Shown: piece by piece, positions 20,240 to 27,710 of the stretch
How the letters are laid out: every line of letters starts with the position of its first letter
How positions within the stretch are numbered: position 1 is the first letter of the stretch
NCBI RefSeq assembly: GCF_000195955.2
Contig: NC_000962.3
Span: 2,340,001-2,372,000 of the forward strand
Length of the DNA stretch: 32,000 nt
From: Mycobacterium tuberculosis H37Rv
GTDB taxonomy: Bacteria > Actinomycetota > Actinomycetes > Mycobacteriales > Mycobacteriaceae
Direction: 5' to 3'
Translations under genes and position numbers: made by a program
Notes under the pieces: model-generated
What the model was told of the DNA's origin: nothing
Databases searched by the model: none
What the model saw: the letters and a program-made list of their open reading frames with translations, nothing else

Positions 20240-23200
20240 ATGCTGGTTTTGCACGGCTTCTGGTCCAACTCCGGCGGGATGCGGCTGTGGGCGGAGGACT
20301 CCGATCTGCTGGTGAAGAGCCCGAGTCAGGCGCTGCGCTCCGCGCGGCCACACCCGTTCGCGGCGCCCGCTGACCTGATCGCCGGCATACATCCGGGCAA
20401 ACCCGCAACCGCCGTTTTGCTGTTGCCGTCGTTGCGATCGGCGCCGCTGGACTCGCCGGAGCTGATCCGGCTCGCCCCGCGCCCGGCCGCGCGAACCGAT
20501 CCGATGCTGTTGGCGTGGACGGTACCGGTGGTGGACCTGGACCCCACCGCGGCGTTGGCCGCCTTCGACCAGCCCGCCCCCGACGTCCGCTACGGCGCGT
20601 CCGTCGACTACCTGGCCGAGCTGGCCGTTTTCGCGCGCGAGTTGGTCGAGCGTGGTCGCGTGCTGCCCCAGCTGCGCCGCGACACCCACGGCGCGGCCGC
20701 CTGCTGGCGTCCGGTGTTGCAGGGACGCGACGTGGTCGCGATGACCTCGCTGGTCTCGGCGATGCCGCCGGTCTGCCGCGCCGAAGTTGGTGGGCACGAC
20801 CCGCACGAACTGGCAACCTCGGCTCTGGACGCGATGGTCGACGCCGCCGTGCGCGCGGCGCTGTCACCGATGGACCTGCTGCCCCCGCGACGGGGTCGCT
20901 CCAAACGGCATCGGGCCGTGGAGGCTTGGCTGACCGCGTTGACCTGCCCGGACGGCCGGTTCGACGCGGAGCCCGACGAACTCGACGCGCTGGCCGAGGC
21001 GTTGCGGCCATGGGACGACGTCGGTATCGGCACCGTCGGCCCGGCGCGGGCGACGTTTCGGCTGTCCGAAGTCGAGACCGAAAACGAGGAGACGCCCGCG
21101 GGCTCGTTGTGGAGGCTGGAGTTCTTATTGCAGTCGACGCAGGACCCCAGCCTGCTGGTCCCCGCCGAGCAGGCATGGAACGACGACGGCAGCCTGCGCC
21201 GCTGGCTGGACCGGCCGCAGGAGCTGCTGCTGACCGAACTGGGCCGGGCCTCTCGGATTTTCCCCGAGCTCGTCCCGGCGCTGCGCACCGCGTGCCCGTC
21301 CGGGCTTGAGCTCGACGCCGACGGCGCCTACCGATTCCTGTCGGGTACGGCCGCGGTGCTCGACGAGGCTGGGTTTGGCGTGCTGCTGCCGTCCTGGTGG
21401 GACCGCCGCCGCAAGCTGGGCTTGGTCCTGTCCGCATATACCCCGGTCGACGGCGTGGTGGGCAAGGCCAGCAAGTTCGGCCGCGAGCAGCTCGTCGAGT
21501 TCCGCTGGGAGCTGGCCGTGGGCGACGATCCGCTCAGCGAGGAGGAGATCGCGGCGCTGACCGAAACCAAGTCCCCGCTGATCCGGCTGCGTGGCCAGTG
21601 GGTCGCGCTCGATACCGAACAGCTGCGCCGCGGGCTGGAGTTTTTGGAGCGTAAGCCAACCGGCCGCAAGACCACCGCCGAGATCCTCGCGCTGGCCGCC
21701 AGCCACCCCGACGACGTGGACACCCCGCTCGAGGTCACCGCCGTACGCGCCGACGGCTGGCTCGGGGACCTGCTCGCCGGGGCCGCCGCGGCGTCGCTGC
21801 AGCCGTTGGACCCGCCCGACGGATTCACCGCGACGCTGCGTCCCTACCAGCAGCGCGGTCTGGCGTGGCTGGCGTTTTTGTCCTCGCTCGGTTTGGGCAG
21901 CTGCCTGGCCGACGACATGGGCCTGGGCAAGACGGTGCAGCTATTGGCCCTGGAAACCTTGGAATCCGTTCAGCGCCACCAGGATCGCGGCGTCGGACCC
22001 ACACTGCTACTGTGCCCGATGTCGTTGGTGGGCAACTGGCCGCAGGAAGCGGCCAGGTTTGCACCCAACCTGCGGGTGTACGCCCACCACGGGGGCGCCC
22101 GGCTGCACGGCGAGGCGTTGCGCGACCACCTCGAGCGCACCGACCTGGTCGTGAGCACCTATACCACCGCCACCCGCGACATCGACGAGCTGGCGGAATA
22201 CGAATGGAACCGGGTGGTGCTGGACGAGGCCCAGGCGGTGAAGAACAGCCTGTCCCGGGCGGCCAAGGCGGTGCGACGGCTACGCGCGGCGCACCGGGTC
22301 GCGCTGACCGGGACACCGATGGAGAACCGGCTCGCCGAGCTGTGGTCGATCATGGACTTCCTCAACCCGGGCCTGCTCGGATCCTCCGAACGCTTCCGCA
22401 CCCGCTACGCGATCCCGATCGAGCGGCACGGGCACACCGAACCGGCCGAACGGCTGCGCGCATCGACGCGGCCCTACATCCTGCGCCGGCTCAAGACCGA
22501 CCCGGCGATCATCGACGATCTGCCGGAGAAGATCGAGATCAAGCAGTACTGCCAACTCACCACCGAGCAGGCGTCGCTGTATCAGGCCGTCGTCGCCGAC
22601 ATGATGGAAAAGATCGAAAACACCGAAGGGATCGAGCGGCGCGGCAACGTGCTGGCCGCGATGGCCAAGCTCAAACAGGTGTGCAACCACCCCGCCCAGC
22701 TGCTGCACGATCGCTCCCCGGTCGGTCGGCGGTCCGGGAAGGTGATCCGGCTCGAGGAGATCCTGGAAGAGATCCTGGCCGAGGGCGACCGGGTGCTGTG
22801 TTTTACCCAGTTCACCGAGTTCGCCGAGCTGCTGGTGCCGCACCTGGCCGCACGCTTCGGCCGTGCCGCCCGAGACATTGCCTACCTGCACGGTGGCACC
22901 CCGAGGAAGCGGCGTGACGAGATGGTGGCCCGGTTCCAGTCCGGTGACGGCCCGCCCATTTTTCTGCTGTCGTTGAAGGCGGGCGGTACCGGGCTGAACC
23001 TCACCGCCGCCAATCATGTTGTGCACCTGGACCGCTGGTGGAACCCGGCGGTCGAGAACCAGGCGACGGACCGGGCGTTTCGGATCGGGCAGCGGCGCAC
23101 GGTGCAGGTCCGCAAGTTCATCTGCACCGGCACCCTCGAGGAGAAGATCGACGAAATGATCGAGGAGAAAAAGGCGCTGGCCGACTTGGTGGTCACCGAC

Positions 23201-23281
23201 GGCGAAGGCTGGCTGACCGAACTGTCCACCCGCGATCTGCGCGAGGTGTTCGCGCTGTCCGAAGGCGCCGTCGGTGAGTAG
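20240..23281 (+). CDS. helZ: SNF2/RAD54-family helicase HelZ (1013 aa) with a ~540-aa N-terminal region lacking motifs I recognise
   Basis: The 1025-aa ORF is trimmed to ATG 20240 (MLVLHGFW), with GAAGGA upstream. SNF2 motifs LADDMGLGKT (I), VLDEAQAVKN (II), LTGTPMENRL (III) and LKAGGTGLNLTAANHVVHLDRWWNPAVENQATDRAFRIGQ (V-VI). Confidence 0.95.
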   Translation: MLVLHGFWSNSGGMRLWAEDSDLLVKSPSQALRSARPHPFAAPADLIAGIHPGKPATAVLLLPSLRSAPLDSPELIRLAPRPAARTDPMLLAWTVPVVDLDPTAALAAFDQPAPDVRYGASVDYLAELAVFARELVERGRVLPQLRRDTHGAAACWRPVLQGRDVVAMTSLVSAMPPVCRAEVGGHDPHELATSALDAMVDAAVRAALSPMDLLPPRRGRSKRHRAVEAWLTALTCPDGRFDAEPDELDALAEALRPWDDVGIGTVGPARATFRLSEVETENEETPAGSLWRLEFLLQSTQDPSLLVPAEQAWNDDGSLRRWLDRPQELLLTELGRASRIFPELVPALRTACPSGLELDADGAYRFLSGTAAVLDEAGFGVLLPSWWDRRRKLGLVLSAYTPVDGVVGKASKFGREQLVEFRWELAVGDDPLSEEEIAALTETKSPLIRLRGQWVALDTEQLRRGLEFLERKPTGRKTTAEILALAASHPDDVDTPLEVTAVRADGWLGDLLAGAAAASLQPLDPPDGFTATLRPYQQRGLAWLAFLSSLGLGSCLADDMGLGKTVQLLALETLESVQRHQDRGVGPTLLLCPMSLVGNWPQEAARFAPNLRVYAHHGGARLHGEALRDHLERTDLVVSTYTTATRDIDELAEYEWNRVVLDEAQAVKNSLSRAAKAVRRLRAAHRVALTGTPMENRLAELWSIMDFLNPGLLGSSERFRTRYAIPIERHGHTEPAERLRASTRPYILRRLKTDPAIIDDLPEKIEIKQYCQLTTEQASLYQAVVADMMEKIENTEGIERRGNVLAAMAKLKQVCNHPAQLLHDRSPVGRRSGKVIRLEEILEEILAEGDRVLCFTQFTEFAELLVPHLAARFGRAARDIAYLHGGTPRKRRDEMVARFQSGDGPPIFLLSLKAGGTGLNLTAANHVVHLDRWWNPAVENQATDRAFRIGQRRTVQVRKFICTGTLEEKIDEMIEEKKALADLVVTDGEGWLTELSTRDLREVFALSEGAVGE

Positions 23282-24107
23282 CACCTGGTATCCACCACCG
23301 TCCCGGCCCCGTCCGGTCGAGGGTGGGATCAAGGCGCGCAGCACCCGCGGCGCGATCGCGCAGACCTGGTGGTCGGAGCGGTTCATTGCGGTGCTGGAGG
23401 ACATCGGCCTGGGTAACCGGCTGCAGCGTGGCCGCAGCTATGCGCGCAAGGGGCAGGTGATCTCGCTGCAGGTGGATGCCGGCTTGGTCACCGCGCTGGT
23501 GCAGGGCAGCCGGGCCCGGCCGTACCGGATCCGCATCGGGATTCCGGCGTTCGGCAAGTCGCAATGGGCGCACGTCGAGCGAACCCTGGCCGAAAACGCT
23601 TGGTACGCAGCAAAATTGCTGTCCGGCGAAATGCCCGAAGACATCGAGGACGTCTTCGCCGGCCTGGGCCTGTCGCTATTCCCCGGCACCGCCCGAGAGC
23701 TATCACTGGACTGCTCCTGCCCCGACTACGCGGTCCCATGCAAGCACCTGGCCGCCACCTTCTACTTGCTGGCCGAGTCCTTCGACGAGGATCCGTTCGC
23801 CATCCTGGCGTGGCGTGGCCGCGAGCGGGAGGATCTGCTGGCCAACCTGGCCGCTGCCCGCGCCGACGGAGCGGCACCGGCCGCCGACCACGCCGAACAA
23901 GTGGCCCAGCCGCTCACCGACTGCCTAGACCGCTATTACGCCCGGCAGGCCGACATCAATGTCCCCAGCCCGCCGGCAACCCCATCGACGGCATTGCTCG
24001 ACCAGCTGCCCGACACCGGACTCAGCGCCCGCGGACGGCCGCTGACCGAGCTCCTGCGACCCGCCTATCACGCCCTGACGCACCATCACAACAGCGCGGG
24101 CGGCTGA
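23274..24107 (+). CDS. Rv2102: SWIM-type zinc-finger protein (277 aa)
   Basis: SWIM signature CSCPDYAVPCKHLAA (C-x-C-x(n)-C-x-H). GTG 23274 overlaps the helZ stop (TAG 23279-23281) by 8 nt, which suggests translational coupling. Confidence 0.85.
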   Translation: MSSTWYPPPSRPRPVEGGIKARSTRGAIAQTWWSERFIAVLEDIGLGNRLQRGRSYARKGQVISLQVDAGLVTALVQGSRARPYRIRIGIPAFGKSQWAHVERTLAENAWYAAKLLSGEMPEDIEDVFAGLGLSLFPGTARELSLDCSCPDYAVPCKHLAATFYLLAESFDEDPFAILAWRGREREDLLANLAAARADGAAPAADHAEQVAQPLTDCLDRYYARQADINVPSPPATPSTALLDQLPDTGLSARGRPLTELLRPAYHALTHHHNSAGG

Positions 24108-24523
24108 TCCCAGCGCACCCCTTCGAATCGGCCGAAGTCACTGTCGTAGGACACGATGCTGGCGCGATGCTCGACGGCAAGCGCGGCCAGATGCGCGTCG
24201 TTGACCAGGTTGGCACCGGTTCCCACGTACGTCAGCATTCTCGCCAGGATATCGGCGTGCCGGACGGTCGGATTCACCAAGACGGCGCTGGGTGCGGCTA
24301 GCCAATCCGCGACCTGGGTGATGGCCGCCTCCCGCGGAAGCGGACGGGGGAACAACCCCACCTTGGTCGCCAATCGCACGAACGCCAACAACGGCACCCA
24401 GGCGAACCCGACGCGGTCGGCGCCCGACAGCGCACCGTCAAGCCAGCGCAGCGACGGCTTGTGGTGCTCACTTGTGGTGTTCACGGCGTAGAGCAAGACG
24501 TTCGCGTCGACGATCTTCATCAA
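24086..24523 (-). CDS. vapC37: PIN-domain toxin VapC (144-145 aa; tandem ATG starts)
   Basis: MMKIVDANVLLYAV... shows the PIN acidic-residue pattern (D at the N-terminus, ...NDAHLAALA..., ...SYDSDF). It begins 3 nt after the antitoxin gene. Its 3' end overlaps Rv2102 by 22 nt (convergent). Confidence 0.9.
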   Translation of the reverse strand: MMKIVDANVLLYAVNTTSEHHKPSLRWLDGALSGADRVGFAWVPLLAFVRLATKVGLFPRPLPREAAITQVADWLAAPSAVLVNPTVRHADILARMLTYVGTGANLVNDAHLAALAVEHRASIVSYDSDFGRFEGVRWDQPPALL

Positions 24524-24526
24524 CCG

Positions 24527-24781
24527 CTATGACCCGCGGCGTTGACGGCGCACAAGCTCTTCGTCCTCGAGGTCGGCCGCAAGCTGCAAGGCCCGGTCGA
24601 GGTTGACCGCAGGGACGCCCAAGTCTGCCGTGCGGGTGCTGAAGTGACTCGGCGCAGGTCGCCCGGAGGCGCCGTCGCGAATCGCGTCGTTGAGGGCCTT
24701 CTTGAAGGACACTTGCCGCTCGGCCATCCGGCGCCTTACCAACTGCTCGACGTCGTCATCCAATGTGACAGTCGTCCGCAT
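24527..24781 (-). CDS. vapB37: VapB antitoxin (84 aa, RHH/CopG-like N-terminus)
   Basis: MRTTVTLDDDVEQLVRRRMAERQVSFKKALNDAIR is typical of type II antitoxins and lies directly upstream of the PIN gene. Confidence 0.9.
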   Translation of the reverse strand: MRTTVTLDDDVEQLVRRRMAERQVSFKKALNDAIRDGASGRPAPSHFSTRTADLGVPAVNLDRALQLAADLEDEELVRRQRRGS

Positions 24782-24782
24782 T

Positions 24783-24800
24783 TTGATAGCATAGCATCAA
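24783..24800 (-). promoter_or_regulatory. Candidate vapBC37 promoter/operator: -10 TATGCT (complement of 24788-24793) 6 nt from the ATG (leaderless geometry), embedded in the inverted repeat TTGAT-N8-ATCAA
   Basis: The minus strand reads TTGATGCTATGCTATCAAA-ATG. TANNNT is followed by 6 nt and then the A of the start codon. The IR arms are at 24783-24787 and 24796-24800. Confidence 0.4.
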
Positions 24801-24842
24801 GATTGTCGACAGCATCTCGTCAATCGGCGCGCGGGCCCGTCA

Positions 24843-25040
24843 CTAATCCGGCGATTCGCCGTCGGACTGGGAGTCTTTGGCGCCCGTGGAACCCCTTTGT
24901 GTCCCTTGGCATCTTTGCGATCCAGTTCCCGCAGCCGTTTTCCCAACGCGGCACCCGCGATGCGCCGAAACGCGCGCCGTAGCCGGTCGGCGTCGAGCAC
25001 GGCCACCTCCAGGGTGGCCAGGGGTGGGTTGAGCACCACG
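24843..25040 (-). pseudogene. Relic of a proteasome alpha-subunit (prcA-like) 3' end: last ~60 codons, with one frame break and a ~60-nt insertion relative to prcA
   Basis: [26 protein letters not shown] compares with Prc[29 protein letters not shown]. The nt core 24959-25009 matches 29055-29105 at 46 of 51 positions. The tail DSQSDGESPD-stop (stop 24843-24845) compares with the PrcA tail [10 protein letters not shown]-stop but is in a different frame from the core. Confidence 0.7.
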
Positions 25041-25050
25041 GTCGTGAACG

Positions 25051-25321
25051 TCATTCGCGGTAGCCCGACTCGGCGACCTCGAGCAGTCGACACGCCTTCT
25101 GCACGGGAAGTCCTTCTGCGGCCATCGTTGCTATGGCCGCTTACTGCCTTCTAGTCCGTGCGGCTCTCGCAACAGCTCACGGGACCTTTTTGAGGATCGC
25201 CACTTCAGGTCTTCAACTCGCGGATGCCCTCATTGGCAACGTTTGCGCCTGCCTTGGGGCGGCCGGCAGCCACCAAGTCGAGCACTTTGCGGCGGAACTA
25301 CTCGGGGTAACACTTCGGCAC
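25051..25321 (-). pseudogene. IS3-family transposase relic: OrfA with an in-frame stop and frameshifts, plus the first ~24 codons of OrfB, cut off abruptly
   Basis: Minus-strand pieces are (V)PKCYPE-stop-FRRKVLDLVAAGRP...VANEGI (OrfA HTH pattern YPEEFRRKV..LV..GR), EVAILKK (OrfA zipper tail) and MAAEGLPVQKACRLLEVAESGYRE-stop (OrfB N-terminal pattern C..L.V..SGY). Confidence 0.55.
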
Positions 25322-25464
25322 GGACACGGCTCGTTCGACGGACGTCGTGACCAGAAGTCGAGCAAACCGACTCCACTCTAGCTAGTGATACAAGCTTTTT
25401 TGTAGCCGCGCGATGAACCGCCCCGGCATGTCCGGAGACTCCAGTTCTTGGAAAGGATGGGGTC

Positions 25465-25791
25465 ATGTCAGGTGGTTCATCGAGGAGGTACCCGCCGGAG
25501 CTGCGTGAGCGGGCGGTGCGGATGGTCGCAGAGATCCGCGGTCAGCACGATTCGGAGTGGGCAGCGATCAGTGAGGTCGCCCGTCTACTTGGTGTTGGCT
25601 GCGCGGAGACGGTGCGTAAGTGGGTGCGCCAGGCGCAGGTCGATGCCGGCGCACGGCCCGGGACCACGACCGAAGAATCCGCTGAGCTGAAGCGCTTGCG
25701 GCGGGACAACGCCGAATTGCGAAGGGCGAACGCGATTTTAAAGACCGCGTCGGCTTTCTTCGCGGCCGAGCTCGACCGGCCAGCACGCTAA
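25465..25791 (+). CDS. Rv2105: IS6110 transposase OrfA (108 aa)
   Basis: MSGGSSRRYPPELRERAVRMVAEIRGQHDSEWAAISEVARLLGVG...; HTH and leucine-zipper region. Confidence 0.95.
   Translation: MSGGSSRRYPPELRERAVRMVAEIRGQHDSEWAAISEVARLLGVGCAETVRKWVRQAQVDAGARPGTTTEESAELKRLRRDNAELRRANAILKTASAFFAAELDRPAR
25736..25743 (+). other. Programmed -1 ribosomal frameshift slippery site TTTTAAAG of IS6110
   Basis: The heptamer-type slippery run lies in the orfA/orfB overlap (GCGATTTTAAAGACC). Confidence 0.7.
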
Positions 25792-26726
25792 TTACCCGGT
25801 TCATCGCCGATCATCAGGGCCACCGCGAGGGCCCCGATGGTTTGCGGTGGGGTGTCGAGTCGATCTGCACACAGCTGACCGAGCTGGGTGTGCCGATCGC
25901 CCCATCGACCTACTACGACCACATCAACCGGGAGCCCAGCCGCCGCGAGCTGCGCGATGGCGAACTCAAGGAGCACATCAGCCGCGTCCACGCCGCCAAC
26001 TACGGTGTTTACGGTGCCCGCAAAGTGTGGCTAACCCTGAACCGTGAGGGCATCGAGGTGGCCAGATGCACCGTCGAACGGCTGATGACCAAACTCGGCC
26101 TGTCCGGGACCACCCGCGGCAAAGCCCGCAGGACCACGATCGCTGATCCGGCCACAGCCCGTCCCGCCGATCTCGTCCAGCGCCGCTTCGGACCACCAGC
26201 ACCTAACCGGCTGTGGGTAGCAGACCTCACCTATGTGTCGACCTGGGCAGGGTTCGCCTACGTGGCCTTTGTCACCGACGCCTACGCTCGCAGGATCCTG
26301 GGCTGGCGGGTCGCTTCCACGATGGCCACCTCCATGGTCCTCGACGCGATCGAGCAAGCCATCTGGACCCGCCAACAAGAAGGCGTACTCGACCTGAAAG
26401 ACGTTATCCACCATACGGATAGGGGATCTCAGTACACATCGATCCGGTTCAGCGAGCGGCTCGCCGAGGCAGGCATCCAACCGTCGGTCGGAGCGGTCGG
26501 AAGCTCCTATGACAATGCACTAGCCGAGACGATCAACGGCCTATACAAGACCGAGCTGATCAAACCCGGCAAGCCCTGGCGGTCCATCGAGGATGTCGAG
26601 TTGGCCACCGCGCGCTGGGTCGACTGGTTCAACCATCGCCGCCTCTACCAGTACTGCGGCGACGTCCCGCCGGTCGAACTCGAGGCTGCCTACTACGCTC
26701 AACGCCAGAGACCAGCCGCCGGCTGA
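25740..26726 (+). CDS. Rv2106: IS6110 transposase OrfB (DDE integrase domain), expressed as an OrfAB fusion by -1 frameshifting; 328 codons in the -1 frame
   Basis: The -1 frame is open from 25740. ORF-track 25842..26726 holds the DDE region (WVADLTYV, HTDRGSQYTS, DNALAETING). Confidence 0.9.
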   Translation, partial: KDRVGFLRGRARPASTLITRFIADHQGHREGPDGLRWGVESICTQLTELGVPIAPSTYYDHINREPSRRELRDGELKEHISRVHAANYGVYGARKVWLTLNREGIEVARCTVERLMTKLGLSGTTRGKARRTTIADPATARPADLVQRRFGPPAPNRLWVADLTYVSTWAGFAYVAFVTDAYARRILGWRVASTMATSMVLDAIEQAIWTRQQEGVLDLKDVIHHTDRGSQYTSIRFSERLAEAGIQPSVGAVGSSYDNALAETINGLYKTELIKPGKPWRSIEDVELATARWVDWFNHRRLYQYCGDVPPVELEAAYYAQRQRPAAG

Positions 26727-27358
26727 GGTCTCAGATCAGAGAGTCTCCGGACTCACCGGGGCGGTTCACGATTGGGCCGCCCGTAAGGAATGCGTCATGA
26801 GCGACTTCGCATCACGGGCGACCAATCATTAATTTGTCAAACCCTTTGACATGCACTACTTGTCCACATTTTGTACACGAAATACCTAACACACTATGGT
26901 GCACATCACGCACTTCCACGTTCCGTATTCGGTGTACGATTTTGTCACGCAACTAAGCGTTCAAGAGGGAGTACTATGACTCATCCAAAAGTAAAAGATG
27001 ACATAGAAATAGAAGAGTCGTGGTTCCGGTGCGGGTAGCTCCCGATGGCTTGACTGTGGTAAGCACCAGTGGCGTGTTCCCCGTGGTTGAGACCAGGAAG
27101 TTTTAAAGTCCTACAGCCCGCGGTATTCCGCAGAGGACATTGTGTGCATTTCGCACCTTCGGGTGGGAGAAATCGGGATGATCTCACCACCGGCCACCGG
27201 TGGGCGCACTTTGTACCCTTCGATTCCGTTATTCGGCGGATTTAAGCAGTTCGCACCATTACCAAGCAGCCAATGAGGAAGAGCGCAGGTGACTAGGTCG
27301 CTTGATCTTTCCCTGTGCAGTAGCTCGGGTTCTTTGAGTTTCGAGGAGGAGAAACCAC

Positions 27359-27655
27359 ATGTCCTTTGTGAATGTAGACCCATTTGGGATGTTGGCGGCA
27401 GCTGCGACACTGGAGTCCCTTGGTTCCCACATGGCGGTAAGCAATGCCGCGGTGGCCTCGGTGACCACCAAGGTTCCTCCCCCGGCCGCCGACTACGTAT
27501 CAAAAAAGTTATCGCTGTTCTTTAGTAGCCACGGGCAGCAGTACCAGGTGCAAGCCGCTCGGGGCACGGCCTTTCATCGAAAATTGGTCCGGACCCTGGC
27601 GAATGGCGCGCTTGCGTATGAGGAAGTCGAGATCGCCAACAACGAAGGTTTCTAA
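27359..27655 (+). CDS. PE22: PE family protein (98 aa)
   Basis: MSFVNVDPFGMLAAAATLESLGSHMAVSNAAVASVTTKVPPPAADYVS is a PE-domain pattern. GGAGGAG lies 8 nt upstream of the ATG. Confidence 0.9.
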   Translation: MSFVNVDPFGMLAAAATLESLGSHMAVSNAAVASVTTKVPPPAADYVSKKLSLFFSSHGQQYQVQAARGTAFHRKLVRTLANGALAYEEVEIANNEGF

Positions 27656-27710
27656 CGTGTCGCCAGTTACGCACGAGTGGCTACCAGCGAGTACAAGGGA
27701 GTAACGAATT

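Larger units (their letters stand above)
25414..26768 (+). mobile_element. IS6110: IS6110 (IS3 family), complete 1355-bp copy
   Basis: The ends are TGAACCGCCCCGGCATGTCCGGAGACTC (25414-25441) and GAGTCTCCGGACTCACCGGGGCGGTTCA (26741-26768), 28-bp inverted repeats with 3 mismatches. It is flanked by a 3-bp direct repeat CGA (25411-25413 and 26769-26771). Confidence 0.98.

Noticed and set aside
20151-23404. Long minus-strand ORFs (428, 226, 193, 166, 163 and 374 aa) antisense to helZ
   Set aside because: These are Arg/Pro/Gly-rich translations with no motifs, the typical stop-poor antisense frames of a 65-70% GC gene. The helZ frame carries complete SNF2 motifs.
23564-24301. 245-aa plus-strand ORF spanning the Rv2102 3' half and vapC37
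   Set aside because: It is out of frame with the SWIM-containing frame and antisense to the PIN gene, and it gives an Arg/Pro-rich translation.
24797-25093. 98-aa minus-strand ORF as a possible real gene
   Set aside because: It is a chimera: an out-of-frame reading of the IS3 orfB relic joined to the prcA-like relic, running past the relic's own stop in the wrong frame.
26769-27358. Possible riboswitch (cobalamin or Mg) or IdeR/Zur box upstream of PE22-PPE36
   Set aside because: I found no B12-box or M-box core sequences on either strand. The best IdeR-like match (AATACCTAA near 26881) fits only one half-site. Only a covariance-model scan could settle this.
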